A stretch of 54,880 nt of DNA from Candidatus Fermentibacter danicus (GTDB taxonomy: Bacteria; Fermentibacterota; Fermentibacteria; Fermentibacterales; Fermentibacteraceae): NCBI GenBank assembly GCA_001618615.1, contig LKHB01000185.1, positions 34,934 to 89,813 on the forward strand, given 5' to 3'. The notes under the pieces were generated by a model. It ran no database searches. It had not been told where the DNA came from and saw only the letters and a list, made by a program, of their open reading frames with translations. A program made the position numbers and the translations under genes. Of this stretch, positions 33,610 to 43,199 are shown piece by piece. The first letter of the stretch is position 1. Every line of letters starts with the position of its first letter.

Positions 33610-36093
33610 TTAGAAAGTGCCTGTCGCCCGCGACTCGAGTTCGAGAGCCCGCGCGAGCATCCTCGTGCGGGGCCAGGAGGAATCGGCGGCGACGGCCCGG
33701 CGCAGCATGACCAGCGCCGACTGCGTGTCGCCCCTGTCGCGGAAGCCCTCCGAAGCCGTGGTGAGAGCGACAGCCAGCCATCTGGCACCCATTGCGGTCC
33801 CGCGGCATCGCTCGAAGGCCTCGACCGCCCGCGGAAGCATTCCGGCCCAGTACAGCATCTGTCCCTCCCTCAGAGGATCGTCGGAGCCTCCGGCGGAGAG
33901 CAGGGACGCCACACAGGGGGCGATCGTCGCCTGGGGATCGGCGGGGGCCCTGCGCCTTATGAACTGGCAGGGCGCCCGGTCGTCAGTGTTGACGCCCGAG
34001 CCCGACACTGCGGCGACTATCTCCTCCCCGGAGGCGACCGGCAGCAGATACAGGCTGTCTGCGGGGTCGAAGGCGGTGGAGAACAGCTCCTCACGGGCGG
34101 CGGGCGTGTCGAACATGGCGGGGATGTCGAGCGAGAGAGGCTCGTTCGATCCGACGAGAACGGCATGCCTCCCTCCGGCCATGTGTACGGCGCAGTGGGG
34201 GAAGACTCCGCTCCAGGTGGCGAGGATCCGTTTAAGATCATGCACCGGAAGCTGGTGGAGGGGCACCCACTGGGCGGAGACGCCTCCGGGGGTTAGATGA
34301 CCGAGGACGCTCCGGTAGAACTCGCTCGTGTACAGTACCCAACTGTCGGAGGAGCCGGGGTGGGTGGCGTCACAGATTATCAGGTCGTACCTGGAGAGTC
34401 CCGCCGCGAGGTAGTTCCTGCCGTCATCGCCTACGAGCACGAACCTGGGATCGAGGTCGGGCCGCCGGTTCTCCGAGGCGAAGAGAGGCAGGGCCTCGAC
34501 CACGGACGGGCATATCTCCACGCAGACCAGCGATTCCACGGGATGGCACAGGACGGCGCCGGACGTTATGCCGCCCCCGAGCGCGATCACCAGGACGCTG
34601 CGCGCACCGGGGCGGTATCCCCACGGGAGGTGTCCGAGAAGGTGGAACGCCTCTAGAGAGGCCTGGTCGATGGGGACCTCCTCCACGCCGTTGATGCGAA
34701 GGCTCCGGTACCCGTCCCAGTCCCTTCCGAAGACGGACACGGTCGCCACGCGGTCTTCGTCGAAGAAGAGCAGATCCAGGTCGCGGGATGGAGGTCGGGA
34801 GCCGGGAGGCTGGAGAACGAAGGCCGCTATCACGGCCGGGGCTGTCGCCGCAGCCGCAGCCAGGGCGCGCCGCGACCCGCCGCCCCTGCCCCGGAGAACC
34901 GCGACGGCTCCGATCAGTCCGGCCAGAGCGGCGAGAACTCCGGTTCCGCGGGTCGGCCCGGCCGAGGACATGACCACGAGGGAGGCAAAGAAGGGACCTG
35001 CCGCGGCTCCGGCCGAGTTTGCCATGGTGAGGAGCCCGACGTCCCGTCCCAGACGGGCGTCCCTTGCGGCCGCCCTGACCATGAACGGGAAGGTCGCCCC
35101 CATGCATGCGGACGCGGGGATCATAGTGAAGCAGGCCAGCAGCACACGGGCCGGACCCGGCAACGGGTGAGGCAGGAGCGATGCGGGATCCAGCCGGAGA
35201 GAAGCATCCAGCAGGGGCAGCGAGCCGAGGAGTCCCTCCAGGGCTACGGCCGCCCCGAACATGGGAAGGGCGGGGCCTCGGCTCCTCCTGCCGATCCAGC
35301 TTCCGATCCCCATGCCGAGGAGCGCCGAGGCTCCCATTGCGGAGAAGGCGTAGGTGCTGTTCCCCAGAACGAACGTGAGCTGCCTCGACCACACCGACTC
35401 GAACGAGAGAGCTATCATGCCGCTGGCTGCGAACAGGACCAGATGGAAGAGGCTGGGCCCCCCTCCCTGCGCCTCAGTCCTTCCGCGCTCGCAGGCCGAC
35501 CCGCCGTCCCGTCCCGCCAGAAGGAGGATCGCCGAAGCCAGCATGAGAGCCGACGCCGACAGAAGAGACGCGCGGGCCCCGAGCGCCTCCAGCAGAACGA
35601 ATCCGGCGGCCAGCCCCCCGAGGGCGGACCCGATCGTGTTCAGCGCATAGAGGCCGGCTATGCCGGACACCGCTCCCCTGCTCTCCTCCGTCCTTGCGAG
35701 CAGCGGTATAAGCCCCCCGCCGAGGAACGAGGGAGGCAGGACGAGGATGAAGGCCGCGAAGGCGCGGACCAGCACGACCGGGATTCCGGCCGAGTACAGC
35801 GCGGGAAGGAGACCGGCCGCTGCCGGAGCGAGGAGCAGGGGCATGAAGAAGGCCGGGATGCAGGCGAGCGAGAGCAGGCCGAGCAGACGGACCGGAGCCT
35901 TCGAGGAATCGCCTATCCTGCCGAAGGCGAGCCCGCCCGAGGCGAACCCGGCCATGACGGCCGAGAGCACGACCATCGTGGCATCCGCGCTGCCTCCGGT
36001 GAGAAGCAGAAGAGCCCTGTTCCACACGACCTCCGCACAGAGGAGGGCGAATCCCGAAGCGAAGGCGAAGGCGGCGGTCCGGCCCGGTCTCAC
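33610..36093 (-). CDS. fused polytopic membrane domain + spermidine-synthase-like methyltransferase fold + TPR-like C-terminus
   Basis: About 420 aa of repeated hydrophobic helices, then VLVIALGGGITSGAVL and YDLIICDATHPGSSDSWVLYTSEFY (aminopropyltransferase-like). Helical C-terminus. GTG start overlaps the upstream stop (GTGA). Confidence 0.78.
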   Translation of the reverse strand: MRPGRTAAFAFASGFALLCAEVVWNRALLLLTGGSADATMVVLSAVMAGFASGGLAFGRIGDSSKAPVRLLGLLSLACIPAFFMPLLLAPAAAGLLPALYSAGIPVVLVRAFAAFILVLPPSFLGGGLIPLLARTEESRGAVSGIAGLYALNTIGSALGGLAAGFVLLEALGARASLLSASALMLASAILLLAGRDGGSACERGRTEAQGGGPSLFHLVLFAASGMIALSFESVWSRQLTFVLGNSTYAFSAMGASALLGMGIGSWIGRRSRGPALPMFGAAVALEGLLGSLPLLDASLRLDPASLLPHPLPGPARVLLACFTMIPASACMGATFPFMVRAAARDARLGRDVGLLTMANSAGAAAGPFFASLVVMSSAGPTRGTGVLAALAGLIGAVAVLRGRGGGSRRALAAAAATAPAVIAAFVLQPPGSRPPSRDLDLLFFDEDRVATVSVFGRDWDGYRSLRINGVEEVPIDQASLEAFHLLGHLPWGYRPGARSVLVIALGGGITSGAVLCHPVESLVCVEICPSVVEALPLFASENRRPDLDPRFVLVGDDGRNYLAAGLSRYDLIICDATHPGSSDSWVLYTSEFYRSVLGHLTPGGVSAQWVPLHQLPVHDLKRILATWSGVFPHCAVHMAGGRHAVLVGSNEPLSLDIPAMFDTPAAREELFSTAFDPADSLYLLPVASGEEIVAAVSGSGVNTDDRAPCQFIRRRAPADPQATIAPCVASLLSAGGSDDPLREGQMLYWAGMLPRAVEAFERCRGTAMGARWLAVALTTASEGFRDRGDTQSALVMLRRAVAADSSWPRTRMLARALELESRATGTF

Positions 36094-37340
36094 TGATTGT
36101 AGCCCAGGGCGCGCACCGGCTCCAGCCCGGCGGCTCTCATCGCGGGAAAGACCCCGGCCCCTATCCCGACCATCGCGCTGGCGAGCACGGCCACTATCAC
36201 GCTCCAGGCTTCGAGCCCCGCAGGGATCGGCGTCAGGGACGCCACCACGATGGCGAGCACGCTTCCCCCGACGATGCCCAGCACCCCTCCCGCGAGCGCC
36301 AGTATCACCGATTCAGTGAGGAACTGTGCGAGGATCTGGGAACTCTTCGCGCCGAGGGCCTTTCGGAGGCCGATCTCCCTGGTCCGCTCGGTGACGCTCA
36401 CGAGCATGATGTTGGCTATCCCGATCGATCCCACGATCAGCGCGATGGCGGAGATCGCCAGCATGGCGGCGTAGATGCCCGCCGAGACGTTGGAGTAGGT
36501 CTCGATGAGCTGGTCGGCCGTGACCAGCTCGAAGTCGTTGTCGTCCTCGATGGACAGTCCCCTGATGCGTCTCATGCAGGCTTCGATGTTCTCGAGCATC
36601 CTGTCCATGTCGGCCCTCGCCTCTATCTCGACCGCCAGGGACAGGCGGCTCTTCGGGTCGGTCCAGTTGCCGAGGACGGTGTAGGGAACGAAGACGATGT
36701 TGTCCTGGGTCTCGCCCATCACCTCGCCCGAGCTCTCGAGGACGCCGATCACGATCATCCTCCTGCCGGCGAGATCCATCACCGAGCCGGTGGGGTCGTC
36801 CGCCCCGTACAGTCTCTCGGCGACATCCGCGCCGAGGACGCAGACGTCCCTGCGCGAGGAGACCTCGAAATCGGTGAAGAACCTTCCGAAGACGGTGTTC
36901 TTGTGCCCTACGAGCGGCCAGTCCGCCGAGGTGCCGGTCAGCTCGACCGCGATCTCCCTGCCGTCCGGAGCCTTTATCAGGGTGTACCATCCCGTCAACG
37001 GCACGGCGGCCAGTACTCCGTCGATCCTCTCCAGCTCGTCTATGTCCTCGAATCTGAAATCCCGTCTCCTGAAGTACTCTCTGGCGTTGCCCATCATCAT
37101 GCCGGGCGTCTTCTGGATGTAGACGGTCCCGGCGCCAAGCCCTCCCAGGGCGTCCGTGACCTGCCGATTGAGACCCTGTACGAGGCTGGCGACCCCGGTC
37201 ACCGTCGTCACGCCGATCACTATGCCCGTGGTCGTCAGGGCGCTGCGCATCTTGTTGGCCCAGAGGGAGCGGAATGCGGATACCACGTTCTCCGCTTCGA
37301 GTTTCACCGCTCCGGCGAAGCGCTGGATCAGCCTACTCAT
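36090..37340 (-). CDS. ABC transporter permease, MacB/FtsX type (paralogue 2)
   Basis: N-terminal TM helix (MRSALTTTGIVIGVTTV), a large periplasmic domain, and a C-terminal FtsX domain with MLVSVTERTREIGLRKALGA. ATG 37340 overlaps the upstream stop by 8 nt. The upstream 29 codons of ORF 36090..37427 are rejected. Confidence 0.88.
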   Translation of the reverse strand: MSRLIQRFAGAVKLEAENVVSAFRSLWANKMRSALTTTGIVIGVTTVTGVASLVQGLNRQVTDALGGLGAGTVYIQKTPGMMMGNAREYFRRRDFRFEDIDELERIDGVLAAVPLTGWYTLIKAPDGREIAVELTGTSADWPLVGHKNTVFGRFFTDFEVSSRRDVCVLGADVAERLYGADDPTGSVMDLAGRRMIVIGVLESSGEVMGETQDNIVFVPYTVLGNWTDPKSRLSLAVEIEARADMDRMLENIEACMRRIRGLSIEDDNDFELVTADQLIETYSNVSAGIYAAMLAISAIALIVGSIGIANIMLVSVTERTREIGLRKALGAKSSQILAQFLTESVILALAGGVLGIVGGSVLAIVVASLTPIPAGLEAWSVIVAVLASAMVGIGAGVFPAMRAAGLEPVRALGYNQ

Positions 37341-38574
37341 ACCGCAGGGCCTCCACCGGATCGAGCCCAGCAGCCTTCCATGACGGATAGATCCCGAACA
37401 CGAGGCCCACCGTCGAGGAGAAGGCAATGGCGAGGAATGCGGCGAACGGGCTCGCGGAGGCGGGCAGCGGGGTCAGGCTGTCCGCGGCGGTGACGATGGC
37501 GAAGCCCGCCAGCAGACCGAGGATGCCGCCGATGAGGGATATGATCACCGACTCCACGAGGAACTGCCTTACAATGTCATTCCTGGTCGCGCCCAGAGCC
37601 CGCCTGGTGCCGATCTCCCTGGTCCTCTCCGTCACGCTCACCAGCATGATGTTCATGATCCCGATGCCGCCCACGAGCAGCGAGATGGCCGCGATGCCTA
37701 TCGTCACGATCGCGGCCCCGCCCATGACCTTGTTCATGGAGTCCAGGATGGCCTCCTGGGTGGTGATGAAGAAGTTGTCCTCGGCATCCAGGGGAATGCC
37801 CCTGATCCTCCTCAGAATCTGTCGCGCCTCATCCTGGCATTCCTCCTGGGTCACCCCGGGCAGCGGGAGCACGGCGATCTCCACGTCCCTGTCCGGGGAC
37901 GAGAAGAGGCTGACGAAGGTCGAGAAGGGCACCGAGACGAAGTTGTCCAGCGCTTGTCCGAAGATGCTCCCGAGAGGATTGGCGATCCCTATCACGGTGA
38001 ACCTCTCGCCGCCTATCGAAACGGTCTGGCCGGGCAGAAGCTCCGGATTGCCGAGGGAGTCCGCCAGGGACGAGCCCAGGACGCAGACCCTCGCCCGGAT
38101 GTTGTCTTCCGCCTGCGTGAAGAACCGGCCGAACGCAATCGTCATCCCTCCGACGTCGATCTCGGTGGGGGCGAGGCCCCTGACCCAGATCCCCTCCGCC
38201 GTCCGACCGCCCCTGGAGACGGACCGTGACGTCCCGCTCCTCCATGTGACTCCGCTCGCCGTGGTCATCATCCCGGCCAGTTGCTCGGCGTCGGAGGCGG
38301 TCAGATGCGGCCAGGAACGCGATCTGAGCCAGGTCTCCATGTCGTCGAAGCCGCTGCTGAAACGGCTTATCTCGAAGATCCGCGCGCCGACCACGGAGTC
38401 GAACTGTTCCTCGATATAGTTCTGGAGGCCGGTTACGAGACCCACCAGGGAAACCACCGAGGTGACTCCCACCATGACCCCGAGGGAGGTCAGAGCACTG
38501 CGGAGCCTGTTGTTGCGGAGCGAATCGAGGGCGCTGCGCACGGCCTCGGAGATGAAGAGCGCTCCGGTGCTCAA
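37333..38574 (-). CDS. ABC transporter permease, MacB/FtsX type (paralogue 1)
   Basis: LRSALTSLGVMVGVTSV, a periplasmic domain, and MLVSVTERTREIGTRRALGA. I place the start at TTG 38574, which overlaps the ATPase stop (TTGA). The 5' 190 codons of ORF 37333..39144 lie over the ATPase gene in another frame. Confidence 0.85.
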   Translation of the reverse strand: MSTGALFISEAVRSALDSLRNNRLRSALTSLGVMVGVTSVVSLVGLVTGLQNYIEEQFDSVVGARIFEISRFSSGFDDMETWLRSRSWPHLTASDAEQLAGMMTTASGVTWRSGTSRSVSRGGRTAEGIWVRGLAPTEIDVGGMTIAFGRFFTQAEDNIRARVCVLGSSLADSLGNPELLPGQTVSIGGERFTVIGIANPLGSIFGQALDNFVSVPFSTFVSLFSSPDRDVEIAVLPLPGVTQEECQDEARQILRRIRGIPLDAEDNFFITTQEAILDSMNKVMGGAAIVTIGIAAISLLVGGIGIMNIMLVSVTERTREIGTRRALGATRNDIVRQFLVESVIISLIGGILGLLAGFAIVTAADSLTPLPASASPFAAFLAIAFSSTVGLVFGIYPSWKAAGLDPVEALRYE

Positions 38575-39269
38575 TTGGCCGTGTCGCTTTCCACGAGACC
38601 GTCCTTTATCCTCAGGATCCTGCCCGCCTCCCGGGCTATCTCCGGGTCGTGGGTCACCAGAAGGATCGTGTTGCCTTCGGAGTGCAGGCTGTGGAACATA
38701 TCCATGATCACCCGCCCGGTCCTGCTGTCCAGATTGCCCGTGGGCTCGTCCGCCAGGAGCAGCGCCGGGCCGGTTACGAGCGCCCTCGCGATCGCCACCC
38801 GCTGTCTCTCGCCGCCGGAGAGCTGATTGGGACGGTGCCCCGCCCGCGAGGCGAGACCGACCTTCTCCAGCATGGCCATCGCTCTCTCCCGCCTTTCGCG
38901 GGAGGGAACCCTCGCGTAGATCAGGGGGAGTTCGACGTTCTGCAGGGCGGAGGATCTCGGAAGGAGGTTGAACGTCTGGAAGACGAAGCCGATGAACCTG
39001 TTCCGGACCTCCGCCAGTTCGCCGTCGTCCATCGAGTCCACCGATCTGCCCATCAGGTCGAACGTTCCCGAAGTCGGCCTGTCGAGGCATCCCAGTATGT
39101 TGAGGAGAGTGCTCTTGCCCGAGCCGGAGGCCCCCATGATGCATGTGAACTCGCCGTGATCGATCCGGACGTCCACGCCCTTCAGGGCTTCCACCACCAC
39201 CTCGCCCATCCTGTAGGACTTGCGGATCTGTCTGGCGTCAACGACGGCGGGGTCTGTCACCGAATCCAC
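38571..39269 (-). CDS. ABC transporter ATP-binding protein (MacB/LolD-type stand-alone NBD)
   Basis: Walker A GASGSGKST, signature LSGGERQRVAIARAL, Walker B LLLADEPTGNLD, H-loop VTHD. GTG start at 39269 or 39260. Confidence 0.95.
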   Translation of the reverse strand: MDSVTDPAVVDARQIRKSYRMGEVVVEALKGVDVRIDHGEFTCIMGASGSGKSTLLNILGCLDRPTSGTFDLMGRSVDSMDDGELAEVRNRFIGFVFQTFNLLPRSSALQNVELPLIYARVPSRERRERAMAMLEKVGLASRAGHRPNQLSGGERQRVAIARALVTGPALLLADEPTGNLDSRTGRVIMDMFHSLHSEGNTILLVTHDPEIAREAGRILRIKDGLVESDTAN

Positions 39270-40419
39270 CGAACCTCTCCGTTCTGACCTGCTCGCCTGC
39301 CTCGAGGTTTCTGAGGGCCTCCACAGGTCCAGACACTACGCTGTCGCCCTCGGAGATGCCGCGAACCTCGATGTTCATGGCGCCCGATATCCCGGTCTCC
39401 ACCGGGACGATTTCGATGCGGCCGCCCTCGATCCTGAGGACGGCGTCGATCTCGCGGGTGCCGTCCGCCGGATCGGGGCGGGGAACGACGCACTGCACCG
39501 GGACCGAGATGCAGTCCGACACGCTGTTCGTGATGATGTCCACCGAGGCGGACATGCCTGATCTCAGCCTCGGGTCGGTGTCCGTGAGTTCTATCGTCAC
39601 CTCGTATTCGGCCACCTCGCCGGTCATGACTGCGGCTTCGTTCTCGGCAGCAAGCCCGACGCTGCGGACCGTACCCTCGAACACCGTATCCTGGAGGGCG
39701 TCGAGTGTCACCTCCGCGGGCATGCCGGACCGGACTCCGACGACCTCGCTCTCGACCAGTGTGACCCGGACCAGGAAGCTCGACATGTCCTCTATCTTGA
39801 GCAGGACGGTGCCGGGGGTGTTCATGGTCCCCACGATCGCCATCTCGCCCTCGTCCACGTTCAGCGCCGTTACGACTCCGGCGATCGGAGAGGAGTAGGA
39901 TGTCTTCCTCAAGGCTTCCATGGCGCTGGCTTCTGCTGCGTAGGCCTGGAGCAGGACGGCCTGGGCGGTCTGCCTGGCGTCCAGAGCCTGCTGGACCTCC
40001 TCGGGGCTGGCCAGTCCGGCCTCTCCGAGAGCGAGCATCCTCTCGTAAAGCCTGTCCGCCTGGTCCCGCGCGATCCTGGCCGCGCCGGCCCTCGCCCCTG
40101 CATCGTTCATCGCCGCACGGGCGCCGCTCTGGTCCAGCGTCAGCAGGATCTGGCCCGCGGAGACGGTGTCGCCCTCCGAGATGTAGATGCTGTCGATGAT
40201 TCCCGCCTGTTCAGCGCTCAGCTCCACTCTCGACATGCCTTCGAGCCAGCCGCTGCCGCTGGCCCTCTCCTCCAGCCCCCCGCTTCCCGCGACTGCGGCC
40301 ATGACGACGGTGCCCCCCCGGCCGCGCTTCCCGAAGATCGATACCGCCGCCACCGCGAGAACGACTGCGACGGCTATCCAGATCCACCTCTTGCTCTTTT
40401 TCCGATTTGCCACTGTCAC
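39238..40419 (-). CDS. periplasmic adaptor (membrane fusion protein, HlyD/MacA family)
   Basis: N-terminal anchor RWIWIAVAVVLAVAAV, a coiled-coil hairpin region and beta-barrel segments. GTG 40419 overlaps the TolC-like stop (GTGA). Confidence 0.88.
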   Translation of the reverse strand: MTVANRKKSKRWIWIAVAVVLAVAAVSIFGKRGRGGTVVMAAVAGSGGLEERASGSGWLEGMSRVELSAEQAGIIDSIYISEGDTVSAGQILLTLDQSGARAAMNDAGARAGAARIARDQADRLYERMLALGEAGLASPEEVQQALDARQTAQAVLLQAYAAEASAMEALRKTSYSSPIAGVVTALNVDEGEMAIVGTMNTPGTVLLKIEDMSSFLVRVTLVESEVVGVRSGMPAEVTLDALQDTVFEGTVRSVGLAAENEAAVMTGEVAEYEVTIELTDTDPRLRSGMSASVDIITNSVSDCISVPVQCVVPRPDPADGTREIDAVLRIEGGRIEIVPVETGISGAMNIEVRGISEGDSVVSGPVEALRNLEAGEQVRTERFGGFGDRPRRR

Positions 40420-41699
40420 TCCCCGAGTCTCGGGCTTCTGCCCAGAAGTACCCAGTAACCGGCCTCGGCGACGAGGCATGCCGTCCTGGCGCTTACCAGC
40501 TTGGCCTCCGCTTCGGAGAGGTCGGCCTGGGCGTCCAGCAGGTCCGTAACGGCAAGATCACCGAGTTCGTAGCTCAACTGTGAAAGCTCCATCCTCCTCG
40601 TAGCGTACTCGAGCGTCATCCCGGCGAGGGCGAGGTTGTCCGAAGAGGCCAGAAGCTCGTCCCATGCGGCACGCACAGCCGCCTCGATATCGCCCTCCGC
40701 CGAACCGGCGACCGCTTCCGCCGCAAGCCTTCCGGCTCCGGCGGACTGGATCCTTCCCTCCCTGAGCCATCCGTCGAATATCGACCAGGTGAGGCTCACT
40801 CCGACGTTCCAAGTGTCGTTCAGGTGCGCGTCCTCCGGCTCGAACTCGTCGTCGCTCCAGCTCCACGAGGCGCTGGCGACCAGGGACGGCCAGTAGGAGC
40901 GTCTTGCGGCCCTCAGATCGAGGGTCGACTCCTCGAGGGCCAGATCGGCCGCCCTGAGGCTCGGATTCTCCGAGTAGTCCGTGGGCAGGGCGAGGATGGC
41001 TTCACGGGTAAGCGGGGACAGAACCGCGGAGGTGTCGACCGTCATGGTGGTGTCTCCGCTGACTCCGGCTGTCCTCCTGAGTTCGGTGATCGACTGGGTC
41101 AGGGCCTGTTCGTTCCTGAGCAGGGCCAGCCGGTCGGCCGACTCACGCATCCTTGCCTCGAGCAGCTCCAGTTCGCGAGCGGCGCCCAGCTCGTAGAGCA
41201 TCTCCATCCTGTCTAGCAGGGCGTTGCTCCGCTCGAGCGCGGCTTCCGAGGCAGCCACGAGTTCCACGGCGCCCACAGCGCCATAGTATGCGGCGGCGAC
41301 CGAACGCTCCAGGGACAGGACCGCGGCCCTGCGCTGAAGATCCGACTTCTCCCTGCCCAGCGATGCGGATCGCAGGGAGAGCCAGCTCGAACCTCCAGAA
41401 CCCAGAATCTCCTGGCTCAGTGTCAACCCCGCCGTGTAGTGATCCGACTCGGTATCGACATGACCGGCCGGCTCGACCTCCATGGAGGACCAGGAATGCC
41501 CGGCCGACGCGCTGAAGACAAGCCGGGGCAGAAGGCTGGACCTGGCGATAGAGTAGGCGGCGTCGGCCTGTTCGAGACCGGCATCCGCCTGGATGATCTC
41601 GCCGGAGCCCGCCAGAGCCATCGACATCCATCCGGAAAGATCGACCGGTCTGCCCGAAAGACCTCCGGCCAGTATGACGACGAGCGCGATCTGGTTCAT
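40416..41699 (-). CDS. TolC-family outer-membrane efflux channel
   Basis: 427 aa with a signal-like N-terminus and two repeats of the OEP helical/beta pattern (LEQADAAYSIARSSLLPRL..., ALLRNEQALTQS...). Confidence 0.88.
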   Translation of the reverse strand: MNQIALVVILAGGLSGRPVDLSGWMSMALAGSGEIIQADAGLEQADAAYSIARSSLLPRLVFSASAGHSWSSMEVEPAGHVDTESDHYTAGLTLSQEILGSGGSSWLSLRSASLGREKSDLQRRAAVLSLERSVAAAYYGAVGAVELVAASEAALERSNALLDRMEMLYELGAARELELLEARMRESADRLALLRNEQALTQSITELRRTAGVSGDTTMTVDTSAVLSPLTREAILALPTDYSENPSLRAADLALEESTLDLRAARRSYWPSLVASASWSWSDDEFEPEDAHLNDTWNVGVSLTWSIFDGWLREGRIQSAGAGRLAAEAVAGSAEGDIEAAVRAAWDELLASSDNLALAGMTLEYATRRMELSQLSYELGDLAVTDLLDAQADLSEAEAKLVSARTACLVAEAGYWVLLGRSPRLGE

Positions 41700-41717
41700 C
41701 TGACCTCCATTGATGAT

Positions 41718-43199
41718 TCAACGGTCCGTGTTCCCCCGGTGGAGATCCCGTCCGGGCGCACGGCAGCCGTGATTCTTCTCAATCCATCCCCCGCTGGAGG
41801 CTTTCCTGTAGATCTCGAGGTAGGCCGGCACCCTGGCCGTCCAGGAGTTGTCGATGCGCATTGCGGAACGCTGCATCGCCCTCCATGAACGGACGTCGCC
41901 ATAGGCCTCCGCAGCCCTTCCCACAGCCTGTCTGAGCGCCTCGGGCTCGCTCCCGTCGAACACTATCCCGCAGCCGCCCTCCCGGATGTCGGTGACAGTG
42001 TCCGCCAGCCCTCCCGTGCGGCGTACGACAGGGATCGCACCGTACCTCATCGCGATCATCTGGGACAGGCCGCACGGCTCGAACCGGCTGGGCATCAGAA
42101 ATATGTCGCATCCGGCGTATATCCTCCTCGAAAGCGGGTCGTCGTATTCACGCCTGAAGAAGACACGGCCTGGAAAACGCCGGGAAGCCGCCGAGAGAGG
42201 ATCTTCGATCCAGGACTCCCCCGTTCCGAGGACCGCGAGGGAGAGCCTGCCCTCGGCGATCAGCCCCTCCAGGGCGGGCAGGACCAGATCCAGACCCTTC
42301 TGCCATGTCAGACGGGATACCACCCCGGCCACGATGGCGCTGTCGGGAAGGGTCAGTCCGCATTCTTCGAGGAGCGCACTGCGGCACGCGGATCTCCTGC
42401 GAAGGCTGTCCGGCGTGAACCAGGGGCTTATCGACGGATCGTCCTCGGGGCCCCAGAGTTCGTTGTCGATGCCGTTCAGGATTCCCTCGAGACGGCCCTC
42501 TCCTCGTTTCTGCAGGAGCAGCCCCTCCATCCCGAATCCGCCCTCCGGGGTCGTGACCTCCGATGCGTAGGTGGGGCTGACCGTGGTCACCCGCTCGGAG
42601 AAGAGGATCCCGCCCTTCATGAAACTGAATCCGCCGTGGTACTCGAGGCCGTCCAGACCGGCCATAGCGGTGGGAAGCCCGGTAGCGGCGAACTGATCGA
42701 GCGGGAAGGTTCCCTGGAAGGCCAGGTTGTGGATCGTGAAAACCGCCGGCGGGCCGCCCTGCAGCCTGCTCATGACGGGGACCAGCCCGGCATGCCAGTC
42801 GTGGCAGTGGAGTACGTCGCAGCCGCCGAGCCTCGAGACGGCCTCGAGGGCCGCCCTGCAGAAGAAGGAGAACCTGGCGGCGTTGTCCGGCCAGGCTTCG
42901 GAACCGGTGGGCCCGTACAGACCCCGCCTGTTGAAGTACTCGTTGCTCGCCACGAACACGACCGGACAATCCGAACCGGGGATCACGGATTTCCCGAGGC
43001 CGAACTCCATGCCGTCCGGGGTCCGGAAGGGTCCGTCCAGCCATTCCAGGTCGACGCCCTCCTGACTGTGCAGCGGAGTTATGACGAAGGTGTCGTGCCC
43101 GGCCCCGTGGAGCGCGGAAGGCAGCGATGAAGCCACGCTCGCGAGCCCCCCGGTCATGGCGAACGGGTGCACCTCTGCTGACACGTGGACGATCCTCAC
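41718..43199 (-). CDS. glgA: glycogen synthase (ADP-glucose type)
   Basis: MRIVHVSAEVHPFAMTGGLASV (KTGGL motif reading MTGGL) and SRFEPCGLSQMIAMRYGAIPVVRRTGGLADTV. GTG start overlaps the dedA stop (GTGA). Confidence 0.93.
   Translation of the reverse strand: MRIVHVSAEVHPFAMTGGLASVASSLPSALHGAGHDTFVITPLHSQEGVDLEWLDGPFRTPDGMEFGLGKSVIPGSDCPVVFVASNEYFNRRGLYGPTGSEAWPDNAARFSFFCRAALEAVSRLGGCDVLHCHDWHAGLVPVMSRLQGGPPAVFTIHNLAFQGTFPLDQFAATGLPTAMAGLDGLEYHGGFSFMKGGILFSERVTTVSPTYASEVTTPEGGFGMEGLLLQKRGEGRLEGILNGIDNELWGPEDDPSISPWFTPDSLRRRSACRSALLEECGLTLPDSAIVAGVVSRLTWQKGLDLVLPALEGLIAEGRLSLAVLGTGESWIEDPLSAASRRFPGRVFFRREYDDPLSRRIYAGCDIFLMPSRFEPCGLSQMIAMRYGAIPVVRRTGGLADTVTDIREGGCGIVFDGSEPEALRQAVGRAAEAYGDVRSWRAMQRSAMRIDNSWTARVPAYLEIYRKASSGGWIEKNHGCRAPGRDLHRGNTDR

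Noticed and set aside
38575-39144. 5' extension of ORF 37333..39144, which would add 190 codons to the permease.
   Set aside because: It overlaps the ABC ATPase gene in another frame. The permease N-terminal TM helix begins just after TTG 38574.
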